A DNA stretch of 64,000 nucleotides, from positions 1 through 64,000 of the forward strand of contig JYFJ02001230.1 in assembly GCA_000934665.2 (NCBI GenBank). The letters are read 5' to 3'. The translations under genes and the position numbers were made by a program. Position 1 is the first letter of the stretch. Every line of letters begins with the position of its first letter. Under the pieces are notes generated by a model. That model was not told where the DNA came from, made no database searches, and saw only the letters and a list, made by a program, of their open reading frames with translations. Shown here piece after piece: positions 55,301 to 64,000 of the stretch. Source of the stretch: Catajapyx aquilonaris (lineage: Eukaryota).

Positions 55301-56259
55301 ATAATCAGTGCAAAACTATTGTAGCATATTTTACAAATGACAGTTTCTGTGGTGGTCAAGATGGATAAGTAGGTAGCTCATTTTTCAACAAAAGATATTA
55401 CAAATGTTCAAAATTTTCAACGACTGCTTATGCGCCCTAGTTACTTACAACTATACAACTATACACTCATGAACCTATTAGTACATGGCACAAGTACAGT
55501 ACTGTAGAATGAATAAGTATGCAGGCTTTTATACAATGAACTATTTTTAACCCAAGTGCCAGTACCCTACTGCCGTTTTCAAAATTGAGTATATCATATG
55601 TTTCGACATAATCTTTTAAATTTTTAACAAAATTTCTTGCTCGTGAAACAAAAATTATTGTCAGTGTGTCATTGTGAAACCAATTCATTATTTATCAATT
55701 TGCACGAGTCATGTCAGTATGTTATCCAGGTGTTAATGACTGCTAATAAAAATAATTAATACATCAGCTGCAATTGTAATTGCCCCCGATTCCACTCTGA
55801 CAACAGTCAAAGTACCTAATAATTGCTTACTCAATGTATTGACGACATACATTCATGAAAGAAACATATCCAAAATTTTGAATTCCAGATTAGCCAATCT
55901 GAATAACTTGTTAACTCTCATCTAATTTCACGAGGCAATATACGAGCACTTGATCATGTCACAATCTCAAAGTTATACCAAGCTTAACATTTCCATGAGG
56001 TCATGAAAAGCAAATAACAGGTGAACGCGTACAACAGTCTAACACTCGCACATGCACATGTACAAATCATTCGGTGAATCTAAAAAATATCTGCAGGTCC
56101 ACTATATTCTCAACCCTGTGTGTAATACTTATAATAGAGTGAGACTCCTTGGCAGAAAGAAAAGATGGGGGCAATGCGTCTGGTGGGAAAACCAATGGTT
56201 GGCATGGTCAAATCTTGTTCCCATGGAAAATCCTGGCAATACTTACACTGTGGCCTCAA

Positions 56260-59200
56260 CTAATGCATCTGAGTCATCTCCTTCTCTTCTTTGACTGACT
56301 CCTTACGTGTGCTCTCCTTGGCCATTGCATCTTTTTTCAAATCATCTCTGCTGAGGCTCTCTTTACGGATGGAGTCTTTGAAATTGCTCATATCCTTCGA
56401 AGAATCCTTACGGGTCACCTCCTTGAACGGAGTGAATGTCTTCCAGAGCCAGTGATTCTTTGAAGTCTCAATTTCCGATATAGCCAAGTTCAGCTGGTGG
56501 GTCAGGTCCTACATAATGTAAAGAGGAATTAGTGATGACCTTAACTAGCACTTGGCTTTACAACTCATTCATAAAACTTCCATGCAGGGGAATCGAGGGG
56601 ATGTGACATTTGTAGGCTGCATCTGTCACACAGGCAAGTCTGACTGCAGGTTAGGGCAATGTTGATCACTTAATTGGGGAGATGAGGTCTCACAGTGAGC
56701 AAATTAAATTGTGCAAAGTTTTTCTTTAAAAAAGGGCACTGCATAACAGCCAGGATATGATTAACTCATAATGAAAAAATAATCTTGCCTCATTTCTGCA
56801 CTCTGACTCTGCAAGAGCTACTTTGGTCTGTGCCAGTTCCAGCTCCAGATCCTGCATCTGCTTAGCCAGGTCGGTGTCCTCCACTTGACCTCCCTTGTTC
56901 TTCCCTAGCTTGTCCAGAAACCCACCTCCACCCTCCTGGGAGAGCAACTTTGAGCATTCCTGACAGCTAGTCATCTGGGACTGAGGAAAAGATGATCCAA
57001 TTGAATATAACTCCTCAAGAAAGAGGAGGTAATGCAATTGAAACACATCCAAGTTTACCCAGTGATGCAGAATACCAAACGATCCAGAGTGAAAAGTTTG
57101 TTCCCAAGTCTTTAAGCAAACTGAATTTCAGGCTTACCCTGTATGCATTGATGGCATCACGGCCAGCATTTTGCTCATCCTCTAGTCTTCGACTTAATTG
57201 GGAGCATATCTGAAAGGTGTGCAAAGGTCTGGGTTAATTAACATAAAGCACATACAGAGTACATATTACTTCACCTGCTTGTATTCACTAATAATGGCTG
57301 TGTTCCTCTTTCCTTCTTCTTCATTGCGCTGAACTTCCTTCTGAAGAATTTCTTTCACCTAAAATTTAAGTAAATCTGCATTACTACACCAAGTAGCAGT
57401 TACTGATGGTGCCATTCCTCTTCTTCAATTCCTTTCAGTGTTTTTATACATCTAGTGATAAAAGGTGTGAAATGAAAATAACTATGAAATAATTTTGAAG
57501 TATGTCACGCTCCTGCACAGTTCTGCATAACTTAAAATATTTCATGTCATTAAAATTGAGGCGCTCAGAGGAAGAACAGCATATCCCAACCGGAGTGCGT
57601 TTTGAGAAAAGTGGCTTTTTATGTTTTGCTTCATCATCCAGCTAAAGCTACGGACAAAGTTTACAAGTGGGATATGTGAGCTTTGACGTGTCCCAATTAA
57701 TTTGGTACTTGAGCACATGAAAGGTAGAAAGAAAGAAAGAAGGAGAGTACAACAGCACTACAAACTCAAAATTGGAGGTCGGTTGGGATATGCCGTTCTT
57801 CCTCTGAGAGCCCCAATTCAAATATAAAGCTTGTAACCTAATCCATGTAGTAAGACTCACCAACACTGCTTCCCTCTCCAGCCTCTTCTTCTCTTCTTCA
57901 GTCTCTCTGAGAAGGGCTTTCACACTCTGCAACTCTTCTGAGTAAGCATCTGCCTTCTCTTCTGCCTGCACCTTCCCTGTGACCAGCTCTTTGATGAGGA
58001 CCTCTAGCCTCCCGTTATCCTCCATCAGTCTCTTGTTGTCCCTGGTCAGACGAGTTTCTGGATCGACCTGGTTGCGTTCCTGATCTGCTCATGAACATAA
58101 TAAAATATCACTCTGACCTGCTCTATCAGCACTGTCGATTTGTATCTCCCATCACATGACACTCACCTTTGATAAGGAGATATTCCTTCTCATATTTCTT
58201 TAGTTTCTTGACTTTCAGGCTGCAGGCCAGTTTCATTAAGTGCTTTGCGATGTCCTCATGTCGGTACTTCTTGGGCAGGGACACTCGAAAGTATTTCAGA
58301 ATTCCTTCAAAGTCCAGGGCCAGGAGATCTTTTTTTGACATCTGGAAACGTATGGAATGATGTCACAGTGAGCAACATGAATTATTCAAGTGCAGTGTTT
58401 GTTATGTACAACAATACAAGCAAAATTCATACTAATACTGTACAAAGAGTTGACTTCAATTTAAGAAGCAACCTGATATTTTGCTGCTTATCATGAACAG
58501 GGACACTGATTGGCTTAATGCTGTATTAATATTAGAGATCACTAATCATCCATTCATTCCAAATAATTATTGCATGTGTCACACACCACACCAATATAAA
58601 GTGGAAGGCTGTGGTAGCCTTCACTGCTAGTCTATGAATCCTTGTTGTATTACAGTGTCTTGTGCCGAATTACTTGGTTAGTAACTCAAGCCATGCAAGA
58701 GGTGACATTCAAGATATTAATTTGACAGCTAATTTGATAGCTAAATCCATGATAAATATAGCACATCTGACTGAGAGATTCAAGTGAATACATAGAATCC
58801 TCGACCATATCATGATCACCTATTTTTATATTTTTTGATTGTTTAGAAAATGCCCTAAAAACTTGATGCACTGAATGGACATGCTACACATTTGAGGTAC
58901 ACCACCAAGGATATGAAGTACTGCATTCAACCAGGCCTGCGAATGAACATCACTTTCAGTGCATTATGTAATGCAGCAAAGAATAGAGCCATCAGCTTTT
59001 ATTGCACATTGTCCATCCACTCTCAGCACAATATGTGAGTCAACCTTAAATGCAGAGTGCAGAGATGCAGAGTGACTACTTAGTGCCATTCATAACCCAA
59101 ACAAACTTTCATATAGCTATGTAATGACAAGCTGTCCATAAGGCATACAAAAAAATAATATGCAGATGTAGTTTACAGGACTATTTTAAAACAATCACCC

Positions 59201-62200
59201 TTTATAAGTGCAACTGGAGCAAATTGCTAAGGTATTGTTCAAACAACACGTGTTTAAATGATGCTGATTCTAAACCTTATCTTATCATGTAATGAGGCAA
59301 CAGAGGCCATTAATCACTCCATAAATCCTTTGCCATCATTCTGCAACCCCCACAATTCTGATATCATGTGGGCTGGTACACCTGTTGACAATAATTAAGC
59401 CCACAGCTCAAATATTGCACCCAAACCAGCTTAAGCAAAGTTGAAAATCAAACACCAGGTGATCACACACTCCAGGTTGGTGATGCCAAACCTGGCCAAG
59501 TAGAACATGTTGATGCAATAGCACTTCCCCTCAGGTATTACAAACTTATTTACAAACCTAATGTTCTATGGCCTCCACACTGATATATGCAGAATTTCAT
59601 GAAGTTCTACAGCAGAAAGAATGACATATTTTATTTATGGAAATGTGCATGTCTGTTTCCACAAGTGGCAAACCTCTAAGGGAAATCTGCTGGATATCAT
59701 AAGTATCACTGGCAATGTTTGTCAACTATAAATAACACTCTTCTGTCTCTTTGCATCTTGACAAATTATTCAGCAGGTGGTGCAACAACTCAACTTGAAT
59801 GACATCAACTTTTTTACTGTTAACGTAAATGTAACATGCTTAGCTGTAACAGCTATGGTGATGCCATTTGAAGCTTAAACAAATCAAAGTAAAGCACCAT
59901 GTCATTTCTTGCATGAATCATTGAGGGATAGTATTTTTTAAATGGTGACAAGGTATTTTTGCACCCAAGAGTCTCAATATGAAGAAAACTTTAAAATGGC
60001 GTGAACACCTCCAGATTGGATCCGCTGTGCAGAAACCAAGTGCCTTGACCGAAGCAAGTGCTTTGCATTGTCAGATTTTGCCCCCATGTAATATACAACA
60101 AACTAAAGAACTACAGATTGCTGCCAGAGCAAGTAATGTAATTCAAAATCATTTTATGAACTACTCTTAGGTCTACTCACCATAAGTAATGCCAAGCCGA
60201 CTTGGAAGAGAGTGTCCATCCCTTGCAAAAGGAAGACATCCAAGATGTGAAAGACAAGAAAGAGAGGGAACTTGGCTGTGAAGAGTGTCAGGAACCATTG
60301 TGATCCATACATGTGAGATTCAACTCCCAGATCCACAAAGTGCATCCACAATTCTGGAATTTGCTCCTGTGAAAAAAAGGATGACGAAAAATCAGCAGGA
60401 TTCTATTGCATTGAATACCAAAGCAAAATGTCAAAAAACCCAATGGCTTAAATTAGAACTTGAAAAGTGCAATCACAAGCACAATAATTTTATAAATATG
60501 TGATTACCATTGGTACTACTTGTCACACAAAACATAATTTATACACAAATGTAACTGACCTCCATGAGTTTGTCCAGCTGATACAGCTTCATGTGAAGGT
60601 TCTCAAACCCATCTTTAAAGAGATCCCTGAGGCCATAGTCGTACATAATTTTCACCATGACACAGAAAGCTTGCTCTTCTGGCATCTGTAATAAAGTAAC
60701 CCATCTCACCTTCTAGATCTAAATTGATAAGTCCATTAACTTACATGAAGCAACAGGGCTGCCCCAAGAAAACTTAGCCCTTGGCAGTACCCAACTTCCA
60801 TGTCATATACAGCATAGGCTTTGGATATCTTGTAGAGTGAGTCCTGCCCAACACCTCCACTTTCCTTGAAAAAGTCGTTGGCTGGAAAAGTGCGATTGAT
60901 GTCCCTAAGGATGATCTCCTCTGAGCTGCACTCCTTAGCCAGGAGGGTGCGGTACATCTCCATCATGTCAGCTTCACTCTCACAACAAACAAGCCTCTGC
61001 CAGACCTCTCCTCTCAGGGCTTCAGGAATACCTTGCTTCACCAGGGGAGGCAGCTGTTTTGGACGCTGAGACAAATTCTGCTGCCATTTGGCTAGAACTT
61101 CTGCCCATGACACCAGCTCCACTGCAGAACAGTCTTTTGACACCTCCCCCATTCCACTCTGCATTGGTTCATCACTGTCTGTAATAGCCAAGAAACTAAT
61201 GGTATTGAGTGAGGCAGAATGTGCAGTTATTATTTATCCACAATCTATTTATTCATCCGTAATTAGGCCATGATAAGATTATTGTATTTATAATGTTTCT
61301 TGAGTCTGCATAAACACTAAATATGACATGCTGCCTTAAATTTGATTCTGATGCTACTAAAGATTTAAACATTAGAAAAAGTATGACATAACGTATTATG
61401 GAAGGAACAGTGCTGTTAGTATCATGCCTAAAAATGCTTCAACAGTACCATAACTCTCACCAGATTCATCTTCATCCTTAGGGGTATCCATGGACTGTGC
61501 ACTGGGAGATCGAATGAAGTTGGCCAAATTGAGAGCCAGGTTCACTCGGTTGCGATCTATCTCACCTGCAGTCTCAATGTTTACCACGTCATAACCCTTC
61601 TCGCTAACAGTGCTCTCTGGCAGCTGGAAACCAACAATAATCGTAACACATGCCAACTGTTAGCAGACTCTCTATAAATTATATAACACATCACACTGCA
61701 CTACCAGGTGGGAAGTGAAGGTCAAACAGCATGTAAAGCATTGATTAGCCTTAAATATTCATTTAGATAAGCAATAAAAAAATAAGGTAGAGTCAGTGTT
61801 CTGTGTCTTTGGATTGAGAGAAACTATTGCTTCCATGCGAGCTATCCCACCTTCTTCAGCTGCAAAGAGAACTGCTGCACAAGTTGCCTGCGCCCTAGGT
61901 ACCAAAAGCGCTCATTCTGAGGGTATATCTTGGCTCGGGTTTCTATAGTAAATCGGATGGGCTCCTGAATTCCACGTATAACTAGGTCCACAGCTATGGT
62001 CATAAAAACTCGTGCATCCCTTGGAGTCTCCTGGTTAAGGACTTCAAAAGTTGGATCATTTGGGTCCCAGTGACCCCAAATCACATATGACTTTCTTTCT
62101 CCAGCTCCAGTTCCCATTGATATCTAAACATTTAGATGAGAAGAGGCGAAGGAATGTCAAAAAATTGAAAAGAGAACTAAATTAGGCATCATATAACTAA

Positions 62201-64000
62201 CACATATCCATAATAATTACATGAACACAACTTCATCCTACTGAAGCGCTTGTCAACTGCAAGTGCAACTACCTCTGAATGCATCATAAATGCAGTACTT
62301 GGAGAGTGCAATATTTTGACCACTCTCCTTGAAGGCACCACAATGTGGTTGCTCAGGGAGCAGTCTCAGTATTTCTTAGGCCCTTGCCACACTAGGGTGC
62401 AAAATCAATCCGCGACAGAATTTCCGTCGTGAAGATTCCGCCTAGTGTGGCCAGGCCCTTATACATCCATTTTCTAAATTTAAAATGCGTACATTTTTAA
62501 TACCTCCTAACTTCTGCCTAATGTTCAACTCAAATTGCACTCTAATACTACTGTATTCTCCACCACATTTCCAACTTTCTACATAAAAATTTCTGACAAA
62601 AATCTGACTCTGACTGAGGAAAAAAGCGACAGAAAATAAACCTACCATTTCAATTAGCTGCATATCGCTGTGCTTGACATTGCGACCAGGGCTGACAAGT
62701 AAGCCAAAGCACCTCTCAATGATCAAGTCATGAGTGTTTTCAGACACCTGTTGGACTGTCAGCACCAACTTTTTCTCCAAGCCTGTCCTCAGTTTGAAGC
62801 AACTGCGATCTTTTGGTACAGCACTAAAGTTCCCCTGTAAGATGAACCATAACTTATATTAAACTACCACACAATATGAGCAAGCCTTATGTATTCACCT
62901 TCCCATCGTCTTCACGTATTTCCAGAACCACTTCAAACATGAATACTTCGGAACTAGGCTGGTTGCCATTCTTCTGCTTCTCTGCCAGTAAGTTCTTTGA
63001 TTGAAGCTTGGCCTCACACTGGAATGCCTTCGCAAAGCACGAAAATACTCTCCCAACCTGCAATAAAGTATACCCTTACAACACTGCCATGACCTTGCCT
63101 TGCCTATACCTACTGCTTCAGGAATGTCGCATCGGAACACATGGCACTGGAAGATGGCTGACTCCTGGGTCTCCCCATGAGAACAGGTAAAAGCAAAGCA
63201 GCCTTCCTCTGTGGAATTGGCTGCTCCCCTCGCAAAAAACAAAATACGGTGGATCTTGAATCTAGTCATTTCTGTCTGGGTTGATGCATCATAGAGGCTG
63301 CAAAAAAGCACATATTAAAATAGCCATTAAGGAGAATCTATTCATATTAAAATTCAGAATTAATATATGCATAACAATAACAATGTAGCCCAAAATGGTT
63401 GGATCTAAATAGTTTATATCATTCTTTTATTTGTGAGATTAGCATTGCACAACTAATGCGTGTTTTCTAAGGCATAATTGCCAAAGCAAATTGGCTGACA
63501 AAACTGGACCTTGATTTGTTTTTAAGTATCCATAAGTGTTGCTTTCCATGTCATGTATTTAAAAACCAAACGCTTTTTTTTGATTGGCAAATAAAAGTGC
63601 AAGTAACATGTAAGTATGGGTTTTAAAAATAGACGCTGCTGTGTGAATATGTGGCACAGAGGTGTACACTCACATTACTGATCCTTCAGAAATGCTTGGA
63701 ATAGAGACAGCAATTTCAATGGCGTGCTCAGATGCCTGCCCAGCAAGCAGAGCTATGTTGCGCTGAATTTCCCCCTCGCTCCTCGGGGCATTTATTGTGG
63801 CTGCTCCCAAGGATCTTACTCTGTGGAAGATGGTGCATTCCTCCTGCATGTCTGGCATTGGTTTCTCTGCATGAATAAAAAGGTGAGGAATCAAGTATCA
63901 GAGTATCATGTCACATGCAATTCAGCAAATATTTGCAGCCCAATGGAGTCATTTTACAAGGGAACAGAGTCCACCTGAGCTTTGCCGTTTCTTCCTCCCA
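56260..64000 (-). CDS. RABGAP1: Rab GTPase-activating protein 1 (GAPCenA/RABGAP1-like: PTB, kinesin-like, TBC and coiled-coil domains); 5' end lies beyond the window
   Basis: IHRILFFARG...FQCHVFRC (PTB), CFGLLVSPGRNVKHSDMQL, GIPEALRGEVW...ILRDINRTFP...VGYCQGLSFL and SQWFLTLFTAKFPL (TBC), LELELAQTKVALAESECRN. Stop at 56260-56262. Confidence 0.95.
57558..57814. mobile_element. MITE with GRG...CYC termini and AATT TSD (Sola-like)
   Basis: 35-bp TIR GAGGCGCTCAGAGGAAGAACAGCATATCCCAACCG / CGGTTGGGATATGCCGTTCTTCCTCTGAGAGCCCC, with AATT on both sides. Confidence 0.8.
62379..62458. mobile_element. 80-bp Tourist/Harbinger-like MITE
   Basis: TTA TSD at 62376-62378 and 62459-62461. TIR GGCCCTTGCCACACTAGG / CCTAGTGTGGCCAGGCCC (16/18 match). 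Confidence 0.75.

Overview
Eukaryotic (arthropod, probably hexapod) genomic DNA with short GT-AG introns. Genes in order: a partial divergent gene at the left edge (-), UBE2C/vihar (+), two tandem trypsin-like serine proteases (-), mRpL39 (-) head-to-head with CFAP45 (+), PLC-gamma/small wing (+), a TMEM70-family mitochondrial ORF starting only 5 nt after the stop codon of an intronless COPS9 ORF (-, apparently bicistronic), a HanSolin-type RWamide neuropeptide precursor (+), and the 3' part of RABGAP1/GAPCenA (-). Introns and intergenic DNA hold many short non-autonomous elements: piggyBac-, hAT-, Harbinger-, Sola- and Tc1/pogo-like MITEs, fold-backs, a Helitron with a nested tRNA-derived SINE, and LINE 3' stubs. 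The most notable observations are the COPS9-TMEM70-like dicistron, the HanSolin gene with a candidate in-frame micro-exon 10 kb upstream, and a 14-bp palindrome found three times between short duplications. All exon models and family assignments were made by eye from remembered sequences, with no database search.
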